From positions 397,296,001 to 397,360,000 of the forward strand of contig NC_091469.1 in assembly GCF_036971445.1 (NCBI RefSeq): a stretch of 64,000 nucleotides of DNA. The letters run 5' to 3'. Made by a program: the position numbers and the translations under genes. Every line of letters starts with the position of its first letter. Position 1 is the stretch's first letter. The notes below the pieces were generated by a model. That model was given only the letters and a program-made list of their open reading frames with translations. It made no database searches and had not been told where the DNA came from. This DNA is from Narcine bancroftii (Eukaryota). Below are positions 1 to 11,656 of the stretch, piece after piece.

Positions 1-369
1 TTCCCCTCTCTTTTTCTGATGGCATAGCTCGCTTAAGTCCAAAGGTACCTCTATTATATGAAGTTTAACAGCCAGCAACTACAGTTGAGCTTCACTTGAC
101 CTCAGTCACTGACCTTTTATTGTTCTAATTATTTTAACATTATTTAAATCCCACTGAACTGTTTTAAAATGTCTCTGATCATCAAAAAGAGTTCAAGAGG
201 CTTTAAGAGCAGTGAGTTATTATGGTAGTCGAAGATAGGACCTCATGAGATCTAGCCATTGCTCTTAAATCACTACTTTGTAGGATAAATGGGATATAAG
301 TTTTGAGATCGATAGACAACAGAAAATTTGTAACCTTGTACAGTGGGCATTAGGTCATGTTATCACAGA

Positions 370-970
370 CAGAGTCTCAATGACCATTTTGGACACAGTT
401 AGACAGGGTGGTGAAGAAGTCATTTGGCACACTTGCCTTCATCAGTCAAGGCATTAAGTATAGTTGCAGGGATGTCATGTTACAACTCTACAAGATATTA
501 GGGAGACTGCACTTGAAATATTGTGTGCAATTCTGATCACTCAGCTTTTGAAAAGAGACTATTAAGCTGGAAAATGTGCAGAGAAGATTCAGAAGAATGG
601 TACTGGGGCTGGTGGACTTGAGTTAAAAGTAGAAGCTGGATAGGCTAAGACTTTTCTCTCTGGAGTGAGAGATATACAGAAGCATGGGGGACATAGATAA
701 GGTAAATAGTCCTCGTCTTTTTCCCAACGTAAAATCTAAACTATAATGCATAGATTTAAGATGAAAGGTGAAAAGATCAAAAGGGACCTGAGAGTCAATT
801 TCTTTACATAGAGGGTAGTGGTTATATGGAGTGAACTGTCAGAAGTAGTAGTAGATGTGGGCACAGGAGAAAGATTAAATACGGACAAATGGAACTAGCT
901 GGGGTAGACATCATGTTCAGTATGGACAAGATGGGCTGAATGGTCTGCTTCCAGGCTAATGAGTCTATAG
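370..970 (+). mobile_element. Degenerate CR1 LINE 3' fragment
   Basis: Decayed CR1 ORF2 C-terminal sequence (RVVKKSFGTLAFI..., HLKYCVQF* with stops) followed by a CR1-like 3'UTR; homologous to the better-preserved copy at 3853-5006. Confidence 0.7.
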
Positions 971-1270
971 TTGGAAAAGGTCGAGGGATATTTTGCTAGA
1001 AATATTTTCCACAGATCACCCTAGGTTTTGATTGCTTCGGCAAGGAGATCAAATAGTATTGAGCAGGATGGGAAACATATTGGTTGAGATATATTCATAA
1101 TTGTGTCATTAGTGAGATACACAAGAGGATCTTTAACTCTAATGTTGCTTTTGTGTTTTATAGCACAAGTGATGCACACTATATATTAAAATGTTGCAGT
1201 GTGACGTGCTGTCTAAAATTTGTATGCATGTTAATAAGAATAAATAAATCCAAAATGATAAACTCTAAAA

Positions 1271-1635
1271 CAGTGATCCTCAACCTTTTTATTTTCACTC
1301 ACATACCACTTTAAGTAATCCCTATGCCGTCGGTGCTCTGAGATTAGTAAGGGATTGCTTATGGGTGGAAAGAAAAAGTTTGAAAACCACTGTTTTAATC
1401 GTACCTCATTGACTCATTATGTGCATCGTTTCATAACTCCAAAGGAAATGGACCAATGACATTTTTTCTCAAGCAAAATATTTCAGTAACAATTGGGTCT
1501 AGAGCAGTGATTCTCAACCTACCCTTCCCACTCACATATCACCTTAAGCAACCCCTTACTAATCACAGAGAACCAATGGCATAGGGATTACTTAAAGTGG
1601 TGTGTGAGTGGAAAGAAAAAGTTGGAGAACCACTG
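1271..1635. mobile_element. Non-autonomous hAT (Charlie-like) MITE
   Basis: Termini CAGTGATCCTCAACC...GTTGGAGAACCACTG; perfect 8-bp TSD CTCTAAAA at 1263-1270 and 1636-1643; halves 1271-1392 and 1505-1635 are inverted copies of each other. Confidence 0.9.
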
Positions 1636-2055
1636 CTCTAAAAGGCAAGGATGGCAAAAGAAAATAGAAACAAGCAAGGAAAATTGAACAAAAAGGTTAG
1701 GTAAGGTAATGGGGACTACAGGGTTAAATAATCAAGGAAAATAATTTTAAAAATCTACTTATGTAAATCAAAGAAAATCACCAAACGCACAGCAAATTGA
1801 AAGATAATGTTGGAGAAATATTAAGTAGAAATTGCCTCAGCAAGCCTAAAATTGCTTCCAAATTTTAGAAGAAGAAATTTAAAAGATGTAACAACATTTG
1901 AGAATGGATATAGATAATTGATAATCTAATTAGATTTTGAAAATGTTAAACACATTGGCATTGATTAATTAAAAGAGACAGTAGAAACACTATAATTATA
2001 CACACATAAAATAATTAGAAGTGCCAGAGGCCAGTAACAGTGATGGTGATTCTAT

Positions 2056-3023
2056 CTTTGCAGACGATGCCGCTTTAGATGCCCATTCACCGCTTGACGT
2101 CCTGTTTTGCGGAAACTGCCAAAATGTTTGGCCTGGAAGTCAGCCTGAAGAAAACTGAGGTCCTCCATCAGCCAGCTCCCCACCATGACTACCAGCACCC
2201 CCCACATCTCCATCGGGCACACAAAACTCAAAACAGTCAACCAGTTTACCTATCTCGGCTGCACCATTTCATCAGATGCAAGGATCGACAACGAGATAGA
2301 CAACAGACTCGCCAAGGCAAATAGCGCCTTTGGAAGACTACACAAAAGAGTCTGGAAAAACAACCAACTGAAAAACCTCACAAAGATAAGCGTATACAGA
2401 GCCATTGTCATACCCACACTCCTGTTCGGCTCCGAATCATGGGTCCTCTACCGGCATCACCTACGGCTCCTAGAACACTTCCACCAGCGTTGTCTCCGCT
2501 CCATCCTCAACATTCATTGGAGCGCCTTCATCCCTAACGTCGAAGTACTCGAGATGGCAGAGGCCGACAGCATCGAGTCCACGCTGCTGAAGATCCAGCT
2601 GCGCTGGGTGGGTCACGTCTCCAGAATGGAGGACCATCGCCTTCCCAAGATCGTGTTATATGGCGAGCTCTCCACTGGCCACCGTGACAGAAGTGCACCA
2701 AAGAAGAGGTACAAGGACTGCCTAAAGAAATCTCTTGGTGCCTGCCGCATTGACCCCCGCCAGTGGGCTGATATCGCCTCAAATCGTGCATCTTGGCGCC
2801 TCACAGTTCGGCGGGCAGCAACCTCCTTTGAAGAAGACCGCAGAGCCCACCTCACTGACAAAAGACAAAGGAGGAAAAACCCAACACCCAACCCCAACCA
2901 ACCAATTTTCCCCTGCAACCGTGTCTGCCTGTCCTGCATCGGACTTGTCAGCCACAAATGAGCCTGCAGCTGACGTGGACATTTACCCCCTCCGTAAATC
3001 TTCGTCCGCGAAGCCAAGCCAAA
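2056..3023 (+). mobile_element. 5'-truncated RTE-clade LINE (RT C-terminus plus zinc-finger tail)
   Basis: ORF 2185-2961 (FTYLG, RLAKANSAFGRL, QLRWVGHVSRM, GELSTG); FADD motif near 2056; 3' end CTTCGTCCGCGAAGCCAAGCCAAA; 8-bp TSD GATTCTAT at 2048-2055 and 3024-3031. Confidence 0.93.
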
Positions 3024-3852
3024 GATTCTATATTGAAACAGAAAGATCAAACAAGTGTAGTAAAATATAAATAAGTGACTTAATGTGAATTGTAAGACAG
3101 AAATTTAATCTTTACTCAAAGATGCATTAAAGGTATTAGAATATAAATTCATAAAGAAGGGAACTGGGTGTGGATTTCAAATCAATACGCAACTAATATT
3201 TAATTATTTGAACAAATAGCAGAAAGAATTGCCAACGATAATGAATGGATGTTGTGGGGAGGGAGGAGGGTTAGCATCCAGGATCTAAGCTGCTTGTTCA
3301 CCAAAGAAATTAACAGATGTGTCAGAATTCCCTTGAAGGAAACCATGCTTATTTTGGCCTCTCATCATGCGTTTTTATATAGCCCAAAACCTAAATAATA
3401 GACTCTAGTTGTTCACTCGTTAGGCTGACTGGCTGATAATTTCCAGCCTTTTGAAATATTAATTATGTATCAACAGATATACAGAGCACATAATAATAGA
3501 CTTTTTTTAATATGGAAAGTTGATTAATTATGTTATAGCTATAATACTTTGTAATATAAAAAGAAATGGAGACAAACAAACCAAAATCCAAGGTGATGTG
3601 ACTGGGATTTGTACCAAAATCCAATTTTAAAAATGGTATGCCCCTGTTGTTGTGTGCAACTCTCTCAATGCTGAGTTAATGATTTCAATAGCTCACATAC
3701 AGCTGAACATATTCACCATATTATGGAGAAATAGTTCATGCAATGTTCTGTAGTCTTTTGTATTCTTAGCAACACAGGGATAACATAAATGAGGACACTT
3801 TGTACTTAGCGACCAATACAACATGCTAAGTGCAAATAGCTGGTTTTATATA

Positions 3853-5006
3853 ATTCCCACAGGAGGTTAGGAAAAAAGGTGGAGGCATTAGGTATAAATA
3901 AGGAGGTAGTGAAATGGATTCAGCAATGGTTGGATGGGAGGTGTCAGAGAGTAGTGGTAGAAAATTGTTTGTCCAATTGGAGGCCGGTGACTAGTGGAGT
4001 TCCTCAGGGATCGGTCCTGGGTCCACTATTGTTTGTTATATATATTAACGATCTGGAAGTAGGGGTGGAGAATTGGATAAGCAAGTTTGTGGATGATACA
4101 AAGATTGGTGGTGTTGTGGACAATGAGGAAGATTACCGTAGATTAAAAGGTGATTTAGGAAGGCTGGAGGTGTGGGCTGAGAAATGGCTGATGGAAATTA
4201 ATACAGATAAGTGTGAGGTGTTACATTTTGGAAAGGCAAATCTAAATAGGTCATATGCATTAAATGGTAGGCTATTGAGGGATTTAGGAGTGATGGTAAA
4301 TAGTACCCTCAAGGCTGATACTCAGGTAGATGGTGTGGTGAAGAAGGCATTTGGAATGTTGGCCTTCATAAATCGGAGTATTGAATTCAAGAGTAGGGAG
4401 GTTATGATGAAATTGTACAAGGCATTGGTGGGGCCAAATTTGGAGTACTGTGTACAATTTTGGTCACCAAATTATAGGAAAGATATAAACAAAATAGAGA
4501 GAGTGCAGAGAAGGTTCACGAGAATGTTGACAGAATTTCAAGGTTTGAGTTACAGGGAAAGGTTGTGCAGACTAGGGCTTTTTTCTCTGGAGCGTAGAAG
4601 ATTGAGGGGGGACTTGATAGAGGTGTTTAAGATTTTAAAATGGACAGACAGAGTAAATGTGGATAAGCTTTTTCAATTAAGAGTGGGGGAGATTCAAACT
4701 AAAGGGCATGGTTTAAGATTAAAGGGGGAAAATTATAAGGGAACATGAGGGGAAATTTCTTTACGCAAAGGGTGGTAGGGATGTAGAATGAGTTTCCGGC
4801 AGACGTAGTTGAGGCGGGATCATTGGTTACAATTAAGGATAGACTGGATAGTTACATGGAGAGGAGAGGACTGGAGGGGTATGGACCGGGTGCTGGTCAG
4901 TGGGACTAGGAGGGTGGGAATTTGTTACGGCATGGACTAGTAGGGCCGAACTAGCCTGTTCTGTGCTGTAAGTGGTTATATGGTTATATGGTTATATGGT
5001 TATATG
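3853..5006 (+). mobile_element. 5'-truncated CR1 LINE
   Basis: ORF 3879-4748 (VTSGVPQGSVLGP, KFVDDTKIGG, LEYCVQFWSP, SLERRRLRGDLIE); 3' tail of 8-nt TGGTTATA repeats at about 4973-5006. Confidence 0.95.
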
Positions 5007-6864
5007 ACCTGAATGGCAGAAGATGAACTACATTAACTTTGGTCAGTTTTAACAAACTCCTCATTTCTCTTTTCACAGATTCTGCCCAAATATTTTCAGT
5101 ATTCAGAATTCCAGCAACTGCAATGTTTTGCGCATCATTTTTTCAGTAACTTTTCTCTCCAGTGTTTCCATTAACCTTTTTCTATTGGTATTGTTTTCAT
5201 CAGATCATTTGTGATCAACAGACTTCACCAGGCCCTCTCAGCTAGCACAACAATTATACATGCCATTCTATCTCTCTTGGTCACCACTCTATCACAGATT
5301 CTCCTTTGTTCTTTCTTCACCACAACCTTACTGCAACTTAAAAATTGTTTGAATTATAAATTCTCAATGCTCTAATGAAGGTCCTTTGACCAAAATTAAC
5401 TGCTTCTTTCTCCACTGAGCTGTTCAGTACTGACAATAATTTTTCTTTTTAATTGTATCTATCTGCAAGGGCATTTGCATTTCTGCATGCATACATAACC
5501 ATTTTCATGTTCTCAGGATAGCCTTAATGATAAGACGTTACAAACTTAACAGGAGCAGAAATAGTCTATTCAGCTCATTGAATCTTCCCCACCATTTAAT
5601 CATGACCCAATTCAAAATAATTAACAATTGAAGCACTGTAAGATGCCTTCATGTTCACATAAATTGGTCTATTTCTGGTTTTTTATTCTTTCCAAGTTCC
5701 TGTGTACCATGCTTTGAGCCATTCAATATATAAAGGACACTGACCTGGGGAGTTTCTGCGGCATTGTGTTTTTACATTCATTTAATGCCTTGGGTTTTCA
5801 CTTGAATTGGATACCAAAATAAGTATCTTTCAGACTGCAAGATTTTTCTGGACATGGGGGCAGGGGAATCAACAATTTGTAGAAATCTCTGCCAAAAGAA
5901 CAAACAAACTGAGGACCCACTTTTTGTCTGAATGGCGGCATTGTAGAAAGCTCAAAAAATTGAATCAAATGTTGGCAGATATTAACAGAATATTGGAAGG
6001 AGACAGGTTGCATGCTGGATCTCAAGGCTGAGTTTTACTAGTGGCTGTCAAATTGTCACCATCTTCAACTTCTTTGTCTGCAATCCTTCCAGAGCTGTAT
6101 TGGAAGCATATGTGGGATCTCCCAGTTGGCCACAGACAACTGTAGGAACAGGTGTTGATGCCCATTTTCTAGGATAGCCAATTATACCAATTTGGCCCCT
6201 TGCAGGTGCTTCGGTTTGTAGCTCTGACTGGCTTCCCATGGGTGCTGTGTGTTTTACACAATGCCTTTATATTGTGAAGCTCAAATTAATTTGTGTGTAT
6301 TCTTATCACACTCATTCAACCTAATTGTTGGGACACTCCAAAAAAAGCAACTGCATTAACTGTGCTCCTGCTTTCAGGGACTACCAACAAGTACATATAT
6401 TCCATGTCCCCATTTTCTGGGATTGGCTTTATACCCAACTACCAGTTGGCTCCTGCTGGTGTTCATACTGTTTTTTACCCATTGTCCCAGTCTGGAGTCC
6501 AAAGGGTTAAATTGGCACCAACGTACTCATCGTATAAAATTTTGTATCTGATGCCTGCTCTCATGAACCCAGAGGACCCATTAATCCAGCAGCAATAGAT
6601 ATACACCAAGACAAATGGTTACTTAAACAGAAGTTGCTTTTAATTATCTTTAAACATGAAAACAGAATCAAACTTTAAATTATCTCGATTGACTTACTTA
6701 ATCTAACTTAACCCCTTTCTAATTCTAAGTGCACATGTGTGTAATGTGTGTGTAAGTTCAAAAAAGTTCTTTAGTTCACAGTCCAATCTCTCTTCTCATT
6801 CCTCCAAGTTCACTGGTTGCAGGCAATTCTTATAATGTGCACAGAATTTAACATTTATAAAGTT

Positions 6865-7158
6865 ACCATAATATATCTCCCTGCAGGCTCAATAACTAAA
6901 TTTTGTATTTTAACTGAAATATTTATTTATTAACATTGCTACTCCCTTTGATTTTGAATTTAATGAAGAAGCTGAGACAGATTGGTAATTATTAGGTGTT
7001 CCTCGGTCTAAGGAGAGAAAGTGTTAGGTGGTCGTGCCAGTGAATTTTAAGTATTTTAAAAACCTTTTTCTTTCCCCAGGGTTCTAGTGAACCAGTGCGG
7101 ACTTGAAAGGCCAACATGGCTTGTTTCCACTCCGTAAATGGTTATATGGTTATATGGT
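6865..7158 (+). mobile_element. Short CR1-tailed retro-insertion with ~220 nt unrelated 5' part
   Basis: Absent from the other LTR copies; TSD TAAAGTT at 6858-6864 and 7159-7165; ends in (ATATGGTT)n. Confidence 0.8.
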
Positions 7159-7527
7159 TAAAGTTCACCAGGCTTTGATGCTTGAAAGGTAAATGATTAC
7201 TGCTCAGGAAGGTTCTTGTCAGTTTTCAGAGAGAAATTTGTTGTTCCAGGACATCCATAACTAATATACTTCCATCAGCCACTCCAGTGTCTTGCTGACG
7301 AAACTTGCCCCTTCAGGGTTCTCCAGATGATAACCTCATTCTTTCAGGTCACCACAGAGTTCCTTCTTGTTTCACTTATTCCAAGTGAAACATTAGGCAG
7401 CCAATCCTCTCCTCTTGCATGAACCACAAGATCTTTGACCAGGCCATCTTCTAAATGGGCTTTCCAGCTTGTCCTGTTCCAGTCCCAGCTACTTCTGCTG
7501 GCTGTAACACTGTACAAACGATCTCTG

Positions 7528-7530
<3 letters not shown>

Positions 7531-7577
<47 letters not shown>

Positions 7578-7581
7578 CCTC
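7531..7581. repeat. (CT)n microsatellite
   Basis: Seen directly. Confidence 0.95.
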
Positions 7582-8759
7582 TGAGAGAAAGTCTGTTTTA
7601 CTCTCTCTGCTTGCAAAACCACATCACACTCTTACAACACCAAGCTCTCCTCCAGGCAGCAGTGGCTCCAACATGTTCTTTCATCTGTTGCCTTTTGTAA
7701 ACAACAATCCACGAGTGAAGTCTCTTGAGCACTCTTCAAAGCTCTTGGAAAAGCTGCGTAGCCATTACATCTAGCATTGGGCAGAGCTCCAGTATATCAA
7801 ATAAGATCTGTTTTAAAGTGGTTAAACCTGGTCTAACAAACCTTTCCCAATTTATCTCCCAAAAACATTTCTATATACTTTGTCTCTTTACCCACTCAGT
7901 ATACAAAATTCAGAAGACAGAGAAGTTTGGATACATTTCATATAATATCACATTGTGTTTTGGTGAATAATTTCTGATTAAAAATCTTTGTGGAAGTAAC
8001 TACTAATAACTGTATAAAAAAGCAAATAGAAGTTGTTTCATTTAGTTACACCTTTTAACCAATTAGCATTATCTTTTTAAATGGATTATATTTCATAGAA
8101 TATGCAAACGGATTTTTTTTGTTTTTATGTTACATTATAACCCTTTAAAATTGCACGCACACGAATGGATTAAATTTTCATCAGCTATAATCATGAAAAC
8201 TAATTTTAATCCACGGCAAAGCAGTGTTAATATTTATTCAGCTGATATAGTCAAATATTATAATTGAATATCTAAGAAAATGTAAATGCATTCATTTTTG
8301 GTGGGTGAAGATTAATTAAAATGATAAAGAATACATTAGACTGCTCTGCATGAATAAAAGAATGATATCATGGAAATGCTATCCTGACCAGAAGATCAAA
8401 CTGCTTTGAAGAAGCTATCAATTATCCTTTGCAAGATTTTTCTCCAGAGTTGACCACTTGAGTATTGGAACAACATATTCAGAGCAGGTATTAATAAGGG
8501 CATATAATGGTGCTGAAAGTAATTTCACTTTTACAATTGGATTATTCCTCAACCAGTTTCCTTATTTGCCAATTCAGACTTTGAAATAACTTACTTATTT
8601 GGGAAAGTAAAATACAAATTTGTTTATCAAGCTGCAGTCAAACCATGAATGTATTTCTGTCATGATAAACCAACATTGAGTTTATACAGTCAAACAGCCT
8701 GACACAGGCCCATCAGCCCAATTCTTTTAAGATGGAATTCTGAGCTGGTTCCATTTGCC

Positions 8760-9990
8760 TTCAACACTGTCACCCAACAAGGCCAGTGGAGGATCAAGTC
8801 AAAGTTTGGCTGCCCCGCCAAATTCATTCAGATAGTATGCCAGTTCCATAATGGCATGATGGCCTAAGTGCTGCACAGCAGATAATCCAAGGCATTTCCA
8901 ATCATCAATGACGTTTACTGCCATGCTGAATAGTGCCTTTCAGGACGGTGATGCTGGTATCAGCCTCAAGTACAGAATGGATGGGAAGCAGTTGAACCTG
9001 AGGAGACTTCAAGCTATTACTAAAGTGAAGGAGACTGTTCTGAGAGACTTCCTCGTTGTCGATGACTGCACTGTGCATGCTGGCTCAGAGCCAGAGATGC
9101 AAGTCAGTATGGACAACTTCTCCACTGCTTATGTCAACTTTGGACTTGCCATCAATATTAAAAAGACTGAAGTCATGCATCAGCCTGCACCTCATGCTTG
9201 TACACAGAACCCAAAATCACAATCAAAGGGCAGAAACTACAGGTAGTGGATCAGTTCACTTACCTTGGCAGCACCCTCTCCTGAGCATTGACTATTTATA
9301 CAGAAGTTAACTGCAGAATAGCAAAGGCAAGTTCTGCTTTCAGAAGGCTGCGTTGCCCTGTAGAGCCACATTGAGGAATCAGTCCAGCAACAAAAATGAA
9401 GGTCTACAGAGCTGTGGTACTCACTACCCTCTTGTATGCCTGTGAAACATGGACTGTGTATTGAAGTACAAAGTACCAGACACAGATATTCTCTCTAGAG
9501 CAAGTCTACCATCAGTCTACATACTGTTGATGAGAGCACAGACCCAATGGGTAGGTGAGGTCATCTGTATGCCAACAAGTACATACCCAAGCAGCTCTTT
9601 TTTGGGGGACTCTCTGCTGGTTGATGCTCGCATGGTGGGCAAAAGAAACATTACAAAGACGCACTAAATGCCTCCCTGAAGTCATTTGACATAGTCGTGA
9701 CCACCTGGGAAACACTGGCACAAAACCACCCTATCTGGCCATCTTACCCACATGGGTTGCCAAGCTTACAAAGCAAGGCACATAGCTGAAGCACAACATA
9801 AGCATGAGCAGCACAAGTCCAGAGCCACCAGCACAACAACTACAGTGCTTACACGTGTGCCCAAAATATGCCAGGACATTCCATGCCTGCATTGGCTTGA
9901 CCAGGCATTTTCAGACATACCACATCCAATCTTAAAGTGACTAATGATGTCAAGGTCTTCATCGACAATGACGGATGAATGAAGAAGAAG
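8760..9990 (+). mobile_element. Older degenerate RTE LINE (second family)
   Basis: KFGCPAKFIQIV; ORF 8908-9246 (YRMDGKQLNLRRLQA, FGLAINIKKTEVMHQP); frameshifts; (GAA)n tail near 9980. Confidence 0.85.
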
Positions 9991-11124
9991 AGATTTAGAG
10001 AGAAGATGGCCAGAGAGAATGATAAAAACATATTCACCGAGAATATTCGATATTTGAAGTATCTGATGCTGATTGAGAATCTGCATTCGAATTTAAACTC
10101 TAATTCTGAGATTGTAATTGAGAGAGTGGGAGGATCAAAATGTTAAATTAAGCCAGAACCACTAAACCAATCCGATACCCTGTTCTTGACATCTTATCAG
10201 TTTACCTTTCAGTCTCTTGCAATAAATGTTTCAGGATTATAGACAAGAGCTTGAATGATATAAGGTTGAAGACTATAGTGTTGGAAAATTAAATTAAGTC
10301 AAGATATTCAAGTCAAGAATCTGATTATACAAGTATGGTTAGTATGAACAGTTCTTCATTGTCTGTGGGAAGAAGCATATCCACAAGGGCAAGATTGGCC
10401 TTTTTCTGCAGTGTTTGACTTAATGATACAAAACAAATTCACAGAGAAGCAGTATTCCACATTGTATATTCATGTCCTAAACTTTCCGAAATATTCATGT
10501 TCGTTTAGTAGCTTTTCTAATGCTGATAAACCTCCAATTGTTTCTACTGAGTTAATGCCAGAGTTAGCTGCATTGAGGGTCAGAGTTAGAAATCAAAAGA
10601 TGGGAATTGAAGTTATGGTTATAGTAGAGGATCCATAAACTTTTGGGTCTCGGGTTTTTGGAGTTAGGAGATCATGTCAGCACATAGTATTTAGTAATAT
10701 TAATGTCATGCATTCCTCAATTGTTTCTTATGCTATTTATATTATCTGTCATGCTTGCGTTTGACCTCATTTGTTTAATTTGGTCAATTTTAATAGACTT
10801 GACAGAATTGTGGTTGGTGAAATTGTGCTCTGTGAATATTACCTAAATGAAAAGAAAACCCCACAGAATATGGAGTCTGACCTGAAACAATGGGGCCCAG
10901 AGACAGTCTCTTCTCTCTCCTCCATCAAGGAGAAGGCACAAGAATATAAAATTGCACATCAGGCTGAAATTCTACATCTTGCGTTGTGCTAATTGATTAA
11001 AGTAGGTATAGCAGTAGCATTTAAGAGACTCTAGAAAGACACATGAATATGAAGGGGATGGAAGAATATAATGTTTTGCAGTGATCCTGTTCCCATGTTG
11101 AATTGTTCTATGTTATTTAACTTA

Positions 11125-11480
11125 CATCAATAATAGAAGCAGGAAAAGATTGTCGAGTCTGTTTACCATTCAAGAAGATGGTGTTGCATCTTCACTTTCA
11201 CCACCACTGATTTCCTGATTCCTCTGTCAAAAATCTAATGCTCACATCCGATTGCATACGCAATGTCTGAATATCCATACCATTCTGAGGCAAGGAATTC
11301 CAAAGGCTCACAATACTCTGTGGAAGGAAAGTTCCCTTTTCAGTTTCAAATAACTGATCACTTACTTTGAGGCTACTTCCGAGTTTTAATATCTCAAATA
11401 AGATGAAACATCTTCCCAGCAATTACCCGTTACCCCTTTTCAGATTCTTCTGTCCCAATGAACTCACTTAAATTTCAGTT
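11125..11480 (-). mobile_element. Decayed CR1 3' remnant
   Basis: ORF 11198-11422 contains FLPQSIVSLWNSLPQ, a CR1 C-terminal motif. Confidence 0.55.
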
Positions 11481-11656
11481 AGTACACATTAGTCTTGCTC
11501 AGTTTTTCAAATTAGATATCTCCAACATCCTTGGAAAGAAATTCACACATGGTGCTGCTGTACTTGCTCTCAAATTCTGAATATTTTCCATGAGAAAGGA
11601 GAGTTAAATTTAAATTGAGACAATAGCAGTCATATACAATATTAGTATAGCGGATA

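Larger units (their letters stand above)
6559..7888 (-). mobile_element. Solo LTR-like repeat (~1 kb), copy 1, interrupted at 6865-7158
   Basis: Colinear with 42873-45101 and 40398-40617; ATTAAA on the minus strand near the left end; copy 2 has TG...CA termini. Confidence 0.65.

Noticed and set aside
2534-3070. Overlapping antisense and alternative-frame ORFs recurring in RTE copies
   Set aside because: By-products of the GC-rich RTE coding sequence, recurring only because the repeat recurs
5798-6598. Cluster of short ORFs, with a PRKW motif twice on the minus strand
   Set aside because: No recognisable domain and frequent stops; cannot be supported
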